64,000 nucleotides of DNA, taken from the NCBI GenBank assembly GCA_964057225.1, contig OZ059895.1, forward strand, positions 23,436,001-23,500,000, read 5' to 3'. The notes under the pieces are model-generated. The model saw nothing but the letters and a program-made list of their open reading frames with translations. It searched no databases and was not told the origin of the DNA. The DNA is from Auanema rhodensis (taxonomy: Eukaryota > Animalia > Nematoda). This document shows, one piece after another, positions 11,936 to 24,926 of this stretch. Within the stretch, counting starts at the first letter, position 1; the number at the start of each line of letters is the position of its first letter. The translations under genes were made by a program, and so were the position numbers.

Positions 11936-14045
11936 TTTTTGCTAAATTATTTTGAAATTTTTCGAAAAAATTTTTGTCAAAATGTTTTTGGAAGCAATGT
12001 TGAGTGTACATGGAAACTCAACATACACTAATGCATCATTTTTCAAACGATCATAACTAATTTTTGTATTAAGCGTTTCTCAATGTAGTATAGTGCATTC
12101 GATGCGGATTTTTAAGCTGCGTCGATCTGTGTTATCAGATTTGCGCTAGCTTAAAAATGCACCGAGATATCAACTGATATATGTTCACACTTATATCCTC
12201 GATTTTCACCCTGAAGAATTGATTTTTTCGTTGAATAACAATGTTCATCGTCTTTGCCTTGAAAAAAGGAATCTAAAAACATCTACTTTTTGCTAAATTA
12301 TTTTGAAATTTTTCGAAAAAATTTTTGTCAAAATGTTTTTGGAAGCAATGTTGAGTGTACATGGAAACTCAACATACACTAATGCATCATTTTTCAAACG
12401 ATCATAACTAATTTTTGTATTAGCGCGTTTCTCAATGTAGTATTGTGCATTCGATGCGGATTTTTAAGCTGCGTCGATCTGTGTTATCAGATTTGCGCTA
12501 GCTTAAAAATGCACCGAGATATCAACTGATATATGTTCACACTTATATCCTCGATTTTCACCCTGAAGAATTAATTTTTTCGTTGAATAACAATGTCCAT
12601 CGTCTTTGCCTTGAAAAAAGGAATCTAAAAACATCTACTTTTTGCTAAATTATTTTGAAATTTTTCGAAAAAATTTTTGTCAAAATGTTTTTGGAAGCAA
12701 TGTTGAGTGTACATGGAAACTCAACATACACTAATGCATCATTTTTCAAACGATCATAACTAATTTTTGTATTAGCGCGTTTCTCAATGTAGTATTGTGC
12801 ATTCGATGCGGATTTTTAAGCTGCGTCGATCTGTGTTATCAGATTTGCGCTAGCTTAAAAATGCACCGAGATATCAACAGATATATGTTCACACTTATAT
12901 CCTCGATTTTCACCCTGAAGAATTAATTTTTTCGTTGAATAACAATGTCCATCGTCTTTGCCTTGAAAAAAGGAATCTAAAAACATCTACTTTTTGCTAA
13001 ATTATTTTGAAATTTTTCGAAAAAATTTTTGTCAAAATGTTTTTGGAAGCAATGTTGAGTGTACATGGAAACTCAACATACACTAATGCATCATTTTTCA
13101 AACGATCATAACTAATTTTTGTATTAAGCGTTTCTCAATGTAGTATAGTGCATTCGATGCGGATTTTTGAGCTGCGTCGATCTGTGTTATCAGATTTGCG
13201 CTAGCTTAAAAATGCACCGAGATATCAACTGATATATGTTCACACTTATATCCTCGATTTTCACCCTGAAGAATTGATTTTTTCGTTGAATAACAATGTT
13301 CATCGTCTTTGCCTTGAAAAAAGGAATCCAAAAACATCTACTTTTTGCTAAATTATTTTGAAATTTTTCGAAAAAATTTTTGTCAAAATGTTTTTGGAAG
13401 CAATGTTGAGTGTACATGGAAACTCAACATACACTAATGCATCATTTTTCAAACGATCATAACTAATTTTTGTATTAGCGCGTTTCTCAATGTAGTATTG
13501 TGCATTCGATGCGGATTTTTAAGCTGCGTCGATCTGTGTTATCAGATTTGCGCTAGCTTAAAAATGCACCGAGATATCAACTGATATATGTTCACACTTA
13601 TATCCTCGATTTTCACCCTGAAGAATTAATTTTTTCGTTGAATAACAATATCCATCGTCTTTGCCTTGAAAAAAGGAATCTAAAAACATCTACTTTTTGC
13701 TAAATTATTTTGAAATTTTTCGAAAAAATTTTTGTCAAAATGTTTTTGGAAGCAATGTTGAGTGTACATGGAAACTCAACATACACTAATGCATCATTTT
13801 TCAAACGATCATAACTAATTTTTGTATTAGCGCGTTTCTCAATGTAGTATTGTGCATTCGATGCGGATTTTTAAGCTGCGTCGATCTGTGTTATCAGATT
13901 TGCGCTAGCTTAAAAATGCACCGAGATATCAACAGATATATGTTCACACTTATATCCTCGATTTTCACCCTGAAGAATTAATTTTTTCGTTGAATAACAA
14001 TGTCCATCGTCTTTGCCTTGAAAAAAGGAATCTAAAAACATCTAC
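11936..14045. repeat. Tandem 3-monomer duplication (M35-37 / M38-40, 1055-bp unit with two 352-bp monomers)
   Basis: Order [ATTGATT+TGTTC][TAGCGCG+TATTGTG][TAGCGCG+TATTGTG+CAACAGA] occurs twice. The +1 TAGCGCG variant is seen only at ~12421, 12774, 13477 and 13829. Confidence 0.92.
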
Positions 14046-17000
14046 TTTTTGCTAAATTATTTTGAAATTTTTCGAAAAAATTTTTGTCAAAATGTTTTTG
14101 GAAGCAATGTTGAGTGTACATGGAAACTCAACATACACTAATGCATCATTTTTCAAACGATCATAACTAATTTTTGTATTAAGCGTTTCTCAATGTAGTA
14201 TAGTGCATTCGATGCGGATTTTTAAGCTGCGTCGATCTGTGTTATCAGATTTGCGCTAGCTTAAAAATGCACCGAGATATCAACTGATATATGTTCACAC
14301 TTATATCCTCGATTTTCACCCTGAAGAATTAATTTTTTCGTTGAATAACAATGTCCATCGTCTTTGCCTTGAAAAAAGGAATCTAAAAACATCTACTTTT
14401 TGCTAAATTATTTTGAAATTTTTCGAAAAAATTTTTGTCAAAATGTTTTTGGAAGCAATGTTGAGTGTACATGGAAACTCAACATACACTAATGCATCAT
14501 TTTTCAAACGATCATAACTAATTTTTGTATTAAGCGTTTCTCAATGTAGTATAGTGCATTCGATGCGGATTTTTAAGCTGCGTCGATCTGTGTTATCAGA
14601 TTTGCGCTAGCTTGAAAATGCACCGAGATATCAACTGATATATGTTCACACTTATATCCTCGATTTTCACCCTGAAGAATTAATTTTTTCGTTGAATAAC
14701 AATGTCCATCGTCTTTGCCTTGAAAAAAGGAATCTAAAAACATCTACTTTTTGCTAAATTATTTTGAAATTTTTCGAAAAAATTTTTGTCAAAATGTTTT
14801 TGGAAGCAATGTTGAGTGTACATGGAAACTCAACATACACTAATGCATCATTTTTCAAACGATCATAACTAATTTTTGTATTAAGCGTTTCTCAATGTAG
14901 TATAGTGCATTCGATGCGGATTTTTAAGCTGCGTCGATCTGTTTTATCAGATTTGCGCTAGCTTAAAAATGCACCGAGATATCAACTGATATAAGTTCAC
15001 ACTTATATCCTCGATTTTCACCCTGAAGAATTAATTTTTTCGTTGAATAACAATGTCCATCGTCTTTGCCTTGAAAAAAGGAATCTAAAAACATCTACTT
15101 TTTGCTAAATTATTTTGAAATTTTTCGAAAAAATTTTTGTCAAAATGTTTTTGGAAGCAATGTTGAGTGTACATGGAAACTCAACATACACTAATGCATC
15201 ATTTTTCAAACGATCATAACTAATTTTTGTATTAAGCGTTTCTCAATGTAGTATAGTGCATTCGATGCGGATTTTTAAGCTGCGTCGATCTGTGTTATCA
15301 GATTTGCGCTAGCTTAAAAATGCACCGAGATATCAACTGATATATGTTCACACTTATATCCTTGATTTTCACCCTGAAGAATTAATTTTTTCGTTGAATA
15401 ACAATGTCCATCGTCTTTGCCTTGAAAAAAGGAATCTAAAAACATCTACTTTTTGCTAAATTATTTTGAAATTTTTCGAAAAAATTTTTGTCAAAATGTT
15501 TTTGGAAGCAATGTTGAGTGTACATGGAAACTCAACATACACTAATGCATCATTTTTCAAACGATCATAACTAATTTTTGTATTAAGCGTTTCTCAATGT
15601 AGTATAGTGCATTCGATGCGGATTTTTAAGCTGCGTCGATCTGTGTTATCAGATTTGCGCTAGCTTAAAAATGCACCGAGATATCAACTGATATAAGTTC
15701 ACACTTATATCCTCGATTTTCACCCTGAAGAATTAATTTTTTCGTTGAATAACATCGTCCATCGTCTTTGCCTTAAAAAAAGGAATCTAAAAACATCTAC
15801 TTTTTGCTAAATTATCTTGAAATTTTTTGAAAAAATTTTTGTCAAAATGTTTTTGGAAGCAATGTTGAGTGTACATGGAAACTCAACATACACTAATGCA
15901 TCATTTTTCAAACGATCATAACTAATTTTTGTATTGAGCGTTTCTCAATGTAGTATTGTGCATTCGATGCGGATTTTTAAGCTGCGTCGATCTGTGTTAT
16001 CAGATTTGCGCTAGCTTAAAAATGCACCGAGATATCAACAGATATATGTTCACACTTATATCCTCGATTTTCACCCTGAAGAATTAATTTTTTCGTTGAA
16101 TAACAATGTCCATCGTCTTTGCCTTGAAAAAAGGAATCTAAAAACATCTACTTTTTGCTAAATTATTTTGAAATTTTTCGAAAAAATTTTTGTCAAAATG
16201 TTTTTGGAAGCAATGTTGAGTGTACATGGAAACTCAACATACACTAATGCATCATTTTTCAAACGATCATAACTAATTTTTGTATTAAGCGTTTCTCAAT
16301 GTAGTATAGTGCATTCGATGCGGATTTTTAAGCTGCGTCGATCTGTGTTATCAGATTTGCGCTAGCTTAAAAATGCACCGAGATATCAACTGATATATGT
16401 TCACACTTATATCCTCGATTTTCACCCTGAAGAATTAATTTTTTCGTTGAATAACAATGTCCATCGTCTTTGCCTTGAAAAAAGGAATCTAAAAACATCT
16501 ACTTTTTGCTAAATTTTTTTGAAATTTTTCGAAAAAATTTTTGTCAAAATGTTTTTGGAAGCAATGTTGAGTGTACATGGAAACTCAACATACACTAATG
16601 CATCATTTTTCAAACGATCATAACTAATTTTTGTATTAAGCGTTTCTCAATGTAGTATAGTGCATTCGATGCGGATTTTTAAGCTGCGTCGATCTGTGTT
16701 ATCAGATTTGCGCTAGCTTAAAAATGCACCGAGATATCAACTGATATAAGTTCACACTTATATCCTCGATTTTCACCCTGAAGAATTAATTTTTTCGTTG
16801 AATAACATCGTCCATCGTCTTTGCCTTAAAAAAAGGAATCTAAAAACATCTACTTTTTGCTAAATTATCTTGAAATTTTTTGAAAAAATTTTTGTCAAAA
16901 TGTTTTTGGAAGCAATGTTGAGTGTACATGGAAACTCAACATACACTAATGCATCATTTTTCAAACGATCATAACTAATTTTTGTATTGAGCGTTTCTCA

Positions 17001-20000
17001 ATGTAGTATAGTGCATTCGATGCGGATTTTTAAGCTGCGTCGATCTGTGTTATCAGATTTGCGCTAGCTTAAAAATGCACCGAGATATCAACTGATATAA
17101 GTTCACACTTAGATCCTCGATTTTCACCCTGAAGAATTAATTTTTTCGTTGAATAACAATGTCCATCGTCTTTGCCTTGAAAAAACAAATCTAAAAACAT
17201 CTACTTTTTGCTAAATTATTTTGAAATTTTTCGAAAAAATTTTTGTCAAAATGTTTTTGGAAGCAATGTTGAGTGTACATGGAAACTCAACATACACTAA
17301 TGCATCATTTTTCAAACGATCATAACTAATTTTTGTATTAAGCGTTTCTCAATGTAGTATAGTGCATTCGATGCGGATTTTTAAGCTGCGTCGATCTGTG
17401 TTATCAGATTTGCGCTAGCTTAAAAATGCACCGAGATATCAACTGATATAAGTTCACACTTAGATCCTCGATTTTCACCCTGAAGAATTAATTTTTTCGT
17501 TGAATAACAATGTCCATCGTCTTTGCCTTGAAAAAACAAATCTAAAAACATCTACTTTTTGCTAAATTATTTTGAAATTTTTCGAAAAAATTTTTGTCAA
17601 AATGTTTTTGGAAGCAATGTTGAGTGTACATGGAAACTCAACATACACTAATGCATCATTTTTCAAACGATCATAACTAATTTTTGTATTAAGCGTTTCT
17701 CAATGTAGTATAGTGCATTCGATGCGGATTTTTAAGCTGCGTCGATCTGTGTTATCAGATTTGCGCTAGCTTAAAAATGCACCGAGATATCAACTGATAT
17801 ATGTTCACACTTATATCCTCGATTTTCACCCTGAAGAATTAATTTTTTCGTTGAATAACAATGTCCATCGTCTTTGCCTTGAAAAAAGGAATCTAAAAAC
17901 ATCTACTTTTTGCTAAATTATTTTGAAATTTTTCGAAAAAATTTTTGTCAAAATGTTTTTGGAAGCAATGTTGAGTGTACATGGAAACTCAACATACACT
18001 AATGCATCATTTTTCAAACGATCATAACTAATTTTTGTATTAAGCGTTTCTCAATGTAGTATAGTGCATTCGATGCGGATTTTTAAGCTGCGTCGTTCTG
18101 TGTTATCAGATTTGCGCTAGCTTAAAAATGCACCGAGATATCAACTGATATAAGTTCACACTTATATCCTCGATTTTCACCCTGAAGAATTAATTTTTTC
18201 GTTGAATAACAATGTCCATCGTCTTTGCCTTGAAAAAAGAAATCTAAAAACATCTACTTTTTGCTAAATTATTTTGAAATTTTTCGAAAAATTTTTTGTC
18301 AAAATGTTTTTGGAAGCAATGTTGAGTGTACATGGAAACTCAACATACACTAATGCATCATTTTTCAAACGATCATAACTAATTTTTGTATTGAGCGTTT
18401 CTCAATGTAGTATTGTGCATTCGATGCGGATTTTTAAGCTGCGTCGATCTGTGTTATCAGATTTGCGCTAGCTTAAAAATGCACCGAGATATCAACAGAT
18501 ATATGTTCACACTTATATCCTCGATTTTCACCCTGAAGAATTAATTTTTTCGTTGAATAACAATGTCCATCGTCTTTGCCTTGAAAAAAGGAATCTAAAA
18601 ACATCTACTTTTTGCTAAATTATTTTGAAATTTTTCGAAAAAATTTTTGTCAAAATGTTTTTGGAAGCAATGTTGAGTGTACATGGAAACTCAACATACA
18701 CTAATGCATCATTTTTCAAACGATCATAACTAATTTTTGTATTAAGCGTTTCTCAATGTAGTATAGTGCATTCGATGCGGATTTTTAAGCTGCGTCGATC
18801 TGTGTTATCAGATTTGCGCTAGCTTAAAAATGCACCGAGATATCAACTGATATATGTTCACACTTATATCCTCGATTTTCACCCTGAAGAATTAATTTTT
18901 TCGTTGAATAACATCGTCCATCGTCTTTGCCTTGAAAAAAGGAATCTAAAAACATCTACTTTTTGCTAAATTATTTTGAAATTTTTCGAAAAAATTTTTG
19001 TCAAAATGTTTTTGGAAGCAATGTTGAGTGTACATGGAAACTCAACATACACTAATGCATCATTTTTCAAACGATCATAACTAATTTTTGTATTGAGCGT
19101 TTCTCAATGTAGTATAGTGCATTCGATGCGGATTTTTAAGCTGCGTCGATCTGTGTTATCAGATTTGCGCTAGCTTAAAAATGCACCGAGATATCAACTG
19201 ATATAAGTTCACACTTAGATCCTCGATTTTCACCCTGAAGAATTAATTTTTTCGTTGAATAACAATGTCCATCGTCTTTGCCTTGAAAAAACAAATCTAA
19301 AAACATCTACTTTTTGCTAAATTATTTTGAAATTTTTCGAAAAAATTTTTGTCAAAATGTTTTTGGAAGCAATGTTGAGTGTACATGGAAACTCAACATA
19401 CACTAATGCATCATTTTTCAAACGATCATAACTAATTTTTGTATTAAGCGTTTCTCAATGTAGTATAGTGCATTCGATGCGGATTTTTAAGCTGCGTCGA
19501 TCTGTTTTATCAGATTTGCGCTAGCTTAAAAATGCACCGAGATATCAACTGATATAAGTTCACACTTATATCCTCGATTTTCACCCTGAAGAATTAATTT
19601 TTTCGTTGAATAACAATGTCCATCGTCTTTGCCTTGAAAAAAGGAATCTAAAAACATCTACTTTTTGCTAAATTATTTTGAAAGTTTTCGAAAAAATTTT
19701 TGTCAAAATGTTTTTGGAAGCAATGTTGAGTGTACATGGAAACTCAACATACACTAATGCATCATTTTTCAAACGATCATAACTAATTTTTGTATTAAGC
19801 GTTTCTCAATGTAGTATAGTGCATTCGATGCGGATTTTTAAGCTGCGTCGATCTGTGTTATCAGATTTGCGCTAGCTTAAAAATGCACCGAGATATCAAC
19901 TGATATATGTTCACACTTAGATCCTCGATTTTCACCCTGAAGAATTAATTTTTTTGTTGAATAACAATGTCCATCGTCTTTGCCTTGAAAAAACAAATCT

Positions 20001-23000
20001 AAAAACATCTACTTTTTGCTAAATTATTTTGAAATTTTTCGAAAAAATTTTTGTCAATTTTTTTTTGGAAGCAATGTTGAGTGTACATGGAAACTCAACA
20101 TACACTAATGCATCATTTTTCAAACGATCATAACTAATTTTTGTATTAAGCGTTTCTCAATGTAGTATAGTGCATTCGATGCGGATTTTTAAGCTGCGTC
20201 GATCTGTGTTATCAGATTTGCGCTAGCTTAAAAATGCACCGAGATATCAACTGATATAAGTTCACACTTAGATCCTCGATTTTCACCCTGAAGAATTAAT
20301 TTTTTCGTTGAATAACAATGTCCATCGTCTTTGCCTTGAAAAAACAAATCTAAAAACATCTACTTTTTGCTAAATTATTTTGAAATTTTTCGAAAAAATT
20401 TTTGTCAAAATGTTTTTGGAAGCAATGTTGAGTGTACATGGAAACTCAACATACACTAATGCATCATTTTTCAAACGATCATAACTAATTTTTGTATTAA
20501 GCGTTTCTCAATGTAGTATAGTGCATTCGATGCGGATTTTTAAGCTGCGTCGATCTGTTTTATCAGATTTGCGCTAGCTTAAAAATGCACCGAGATATCA
20601 ACTGATATAAGTTCACACTTATATCCTCGATTTTCACCCTGAAGAATTAATTTTTTCGTTGAATAACAATGTCCATCGTCTTTGCCTTGAAAAAAGGAAT
20701 CTAAAAACATCTACTTTTTGCTAAATTATTTTGAAATTTTTCGAAAAAATTTTTGTCAAAATGTTTTTGGAAGCAATGTTGAGTGTACATGGAAACTCAA
20801 CATACACTAATGCATCATTTTTCAAACGATCATAACTAATTTTTGTATTAAGCGTTTCTCAATGTAGTATAGTGCATTCGATGCGGATTTTTAAGCTGCG
20901 TCGATCTGTGTTATCAGATTTGCGCTAGCTTAAAAATGCACCGAGATATCAACTGATATATGTTCACACTTATATCCTCGATTTTCACCCTGAAGAATTA
21001 ATTTTTTCGTTGAATAACAATGTCCATCGTCTTTGCCTTGAAAAAAGGAATCTAAAAACATCTACTTTTTGCTAAATTATTTTGAAATTTTTCGAAAAAA
21101 TTTTTGTCAAAATGTTTTTGGAAGCAATGTTGAGTGTACATGGAAACTCAACATACACTAATGCATCATTTTTCAAACGATCATAACTAATTTTTGTATT
21201 AAGCGTTTCTCAATGTAGTATAGTGCATTCGATGCGGATTTTTAAGCTGCGTCGATCTGTGTTATCAGATTTGCGCTAGCTTAAAAATGCACCGAGATAT
21301 CAACTGATATATGTTCACACTTATATCCTCGATTTTCACCCTGAAGAATTAATTTTTTCGTTGAATAACAATGTCCATCGTCTTTGCCTTGAAAAAAGGA
21401 ATCTAAAAACATCTACTTTTTGCTAAATTATTTTGAAATTTTTCGTAAAAATTTTTGTCAAAATGTTTTTGGAAGCAATGTTGAGTGTACATGGAAACTC
21501 AACATACACTAATGCATCATTTTTCAAACAATCATAACTAATTTTTGTATTAAGCGTTTCTCAATGTAGTATAGTGCATTCGATGCGGATTTTTAAGCTG
21601 CGTCGTTCTGTGTTATCAGATTTGCGCTAGCTTAAAAATGCACCGAGATATCAACTGATATAAGTTCACACTTATATCCTCGATTTTCACCCTGAAGAAT
21701 TAATTTTTTTGTTGAATAACAATGTCCATCGTCTTTGCCTTGAAAAAAGAAATCTAAAAACATCTACTTTTTGCTAAATTATTTTGAAATTTTTCGAAAA
21801 AATTTTTGTCAAAATGTTTTTAGAAGCAATGTTGAGTGTACATAGAAACTCAACATACACTAATGCATCATTTTTCAAACGATCATAACTAATTTTTGTA
21901 TTAAGCGTTTCTCAATGTAGTATAGTGCATTCGATGCGGATTTTTAAACTGCAATGATCTGTGTTATCAGATTTGCGCTAGCTTAAAAATGCACCGAGAT
22001 ATCAACTGATATAAGTTCACACTTATATCCTCGATTTTCACCCTGAAGAATTAATTTTTTCGTTGAATAACAATGTCCATTGTCTTTGCCTTGAAAAAAG
22101 AAATCTAAAAACATCTACTTTTTGCTAAATTATTTTGAAATTTTTCGAAAAAATTTTTGTCAAAATGTTTTTGGAAGCAATGTTGAGTGTACATGGAAAC
22201 TCAACATACACTAATGCATCATTTTTCAAACAATCATAACTAATTTTTGTATTAAGCGTTTCTCAATGTAGTATAGTGCATTCGATGCGGATTTTTAAGC
22301 TGCGTCGATCTGTGTTATCAGATTTGCGCTAGCTTAAAAATGCACCGAGATATCAACTGATATAAGTTCACACTTATATCCTCGATTTTCACCCTGAAGA
22401 ATTAATTTTTTTGTTGAATAACAATGTCCATCGTCTTTGCCTTGAAAAAAGAAATCTAAAAACATCTACTTTTTGCTAAATTATTTTGAAATTTTTCGAA
22501 AAAATTTTTGTCAAAATGTTTTTGGAAGCAATGTTGAGTGTACATGGAAACTCAACATACACTAATGCATCATTTTTCAAACAATCATAACTAATTTTTG
22601 TATTAAGCGTTTCTCAATGTAGTATAGTGCATTCGATGCAGATTTTTAAGCTGCGTCGATCTGTGTTATCAGATTTGCGCTAGCTTAAAAATGCACCGAG
22701 ATATCAACTGATATATGTTCACACTTATATCCTCGATTTTCACCCTGAAGAATTAATTTTTTCGTTGAATAACAATGTCCATCGTCTTTGCCTTGAAAAA
22801 AGGAATCTAAAAACATCTACTTTTTGCTAAATTATTTTGAAATTTTTCGAAAAAATTTTTGTCAAAATGTTTTTGGAAGCAATGTTGAGTGTACATGGAA
22901 ACTCAACATACACTAATGCATCATTTTTCAAACGATCATAACTAATTTTTGTATTAAGCGTTTCTCAATGTAGTATAGTGCATTCGATGCGGATTTTTAA

Positions 23001-23522
23001 GCTGCGTCGATCTGTGTTATCAGATTTGCGCTAGCTTAAAAATGCACCGAGATATCAACTGATATATGTTCACACTTATATCCTCGATTTTCACCCTGAA
23101 GAATTAATTTTTTCGTTGAATAACAATGTTCATCGTCTTTGCCTTGAAAAAAGGAATCTAAAAACATCTACTTTTTGCTAAATTATTTTGAAATTTTTCG
23201 AAAAAATTTTTGTCAAAATGTTTTTGGAAGCAATGTTGAGTGTACATGGAAACTCAACATACACTAATGCATCATTTTTCAAACGATCATAACTAATTTT
23301 TGTATTAAGCGTTTCTCAATGTAGTATAGTGCATTCGATGCGGATTTTTAAGCTGCGTCGATCTGTGTTATCAGATTTGCGCTAGCTTAAAAATGCACCG
23401 AGATATCAACTGATATAAGTTCACACTTATATCCTCGATTTTCACCCTGAAGAATTAATTTTTTCGTTGAATAACAATGTCCATCGTCTTTGCCTTGAAA
23501 AAAGAAATCTAAAAACATCTAC

Positions 23523-24926
23523 TTTTTGCTAAATTATCTTGAAATTTTTCGAAAAAATTTTTGTCAAAATGTTTTTAGAAGCAATGTTGAGTGTACATAG
23601 AAACTCAACATACACTAATGCATCATTTTTCAAACGATCATAACTAATTTTTGTATTAAGCGTTTCTCAATGTAGTATAGTGCATTCGATGCGGATTTTT
23701 AAGCTGCAATGATCTGTGTTATCAGATTTGCGCTAGCTTAAAAATGCACCGAGATATCAACTGATATAAGTTCACACTTATATCCTCGATTTTCACCCTG
23801 AAGAATTAATTTTTTCGTTGAATAACAATGTTCATCGTCTTTGCCTTGAAAAAAGGAATCTAAAAACATCTACTTTTTGCTAAATTATTTTGAAATTTTT
23901 CGAAAAAATTTTTGTCAAAATGTTTTTGGAAGCAATGTTGAGTGTACATGGAAACTCAACATACACTAATGCATCATTTTTCAAACGATCATAACTAATT
24001 TTTGTATCAAGCGTTTCTCAATGTAGTATAGTGCATTCGATGCGGATTTTTAAGCTGCGTCGATCTGTGTTATCAGATTTGCGCTAGCTTAAAAATGCAC
24101 CGAGATATCAACTGATATAAGTTCACACTTATATCCTCGATTTTCACCCTGAAGAATTAATTTTTTCGTTGAATAACAATGTCCATCGTCTTTGCCTTGA
24201 AAAAAGAAATCTAAAAACATCTACTTTTTGCTAAATTATCTTGAAATTTTTCGAAAAAATTTTTGTCAAAATGTTTTTAGAAGCAATGTTGAGTGTACAT
24301 AGAAACTCAACATACACTAATGCATCATTTTTCAAACGATCATAACTAATTTTTGTATTAAGCGTTTCTCAATGTAGTATAGTGCATTCGATGCGGATTT
24401 TTAAGCTGCAATGATCTGTGTTATCAGATTTGCGCTAGCTTAAAAATGCACCGAGATATCAACTGATATAAGTTCACACTTATATCCTCGATTTTCACCC
24501 TGAAGAATTAATTTTTTCGTTGAATAACAATGTTCATCGTCTTTGCCTTGAAAAAAGGAATCTAAAAACATCTACTTTTTGCTAAATTATTTTGAAATTT
24601 TTCGAAAAAATTTTTGTCAAAATGTTTTTGGAAGCAATGTTGAGTGTACATGGAAACTCAACATACACTAATGCATCATTTTTCAAACGATCATAACTAA
24701 TTTTTGTATCAAGCGTTTCTCAATGTAGTATAGTGCATTCGATGCGGATTTTTAAGCTGCGTCAATCTGTGTTATCAGATTTGCGCTAGCTTAAAAATGC
24801 ACCGAGATATCAACTGATATAAGTTCACACTTATATCCTCGATTTTCACCCTGAAGAATTAATTTTTTCGTTGAATAACAATGTCCATCGTCTTTGCCTT
24901 GAAAAAAGAAATCTAAAAACATCTAC
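23523..24926. repeat. Tandem dimer duplication (M68-69 / M70-71, 702 bp)
   Basis: [ATCTTG, TTAGAAG, CATAG, GCAATG, TGTTC][TATCAAGC] occurs twice in succession. Confidence 0.88.

Noticed and set aside
13190-13417. 75-aa minus-strand ORF (MYTQHCF...)
   Set aside because: It lies within satellite monomers M38/M39. It is open only because two point variants coincide (plus strand ATTAATT>ATTGATT giving TAA>CAA, and TCTA>TCCA giving TAG>TGG). Other copies have stops in this frame, and the F/K/N/I-rich composition simply reflects A/T tracts.
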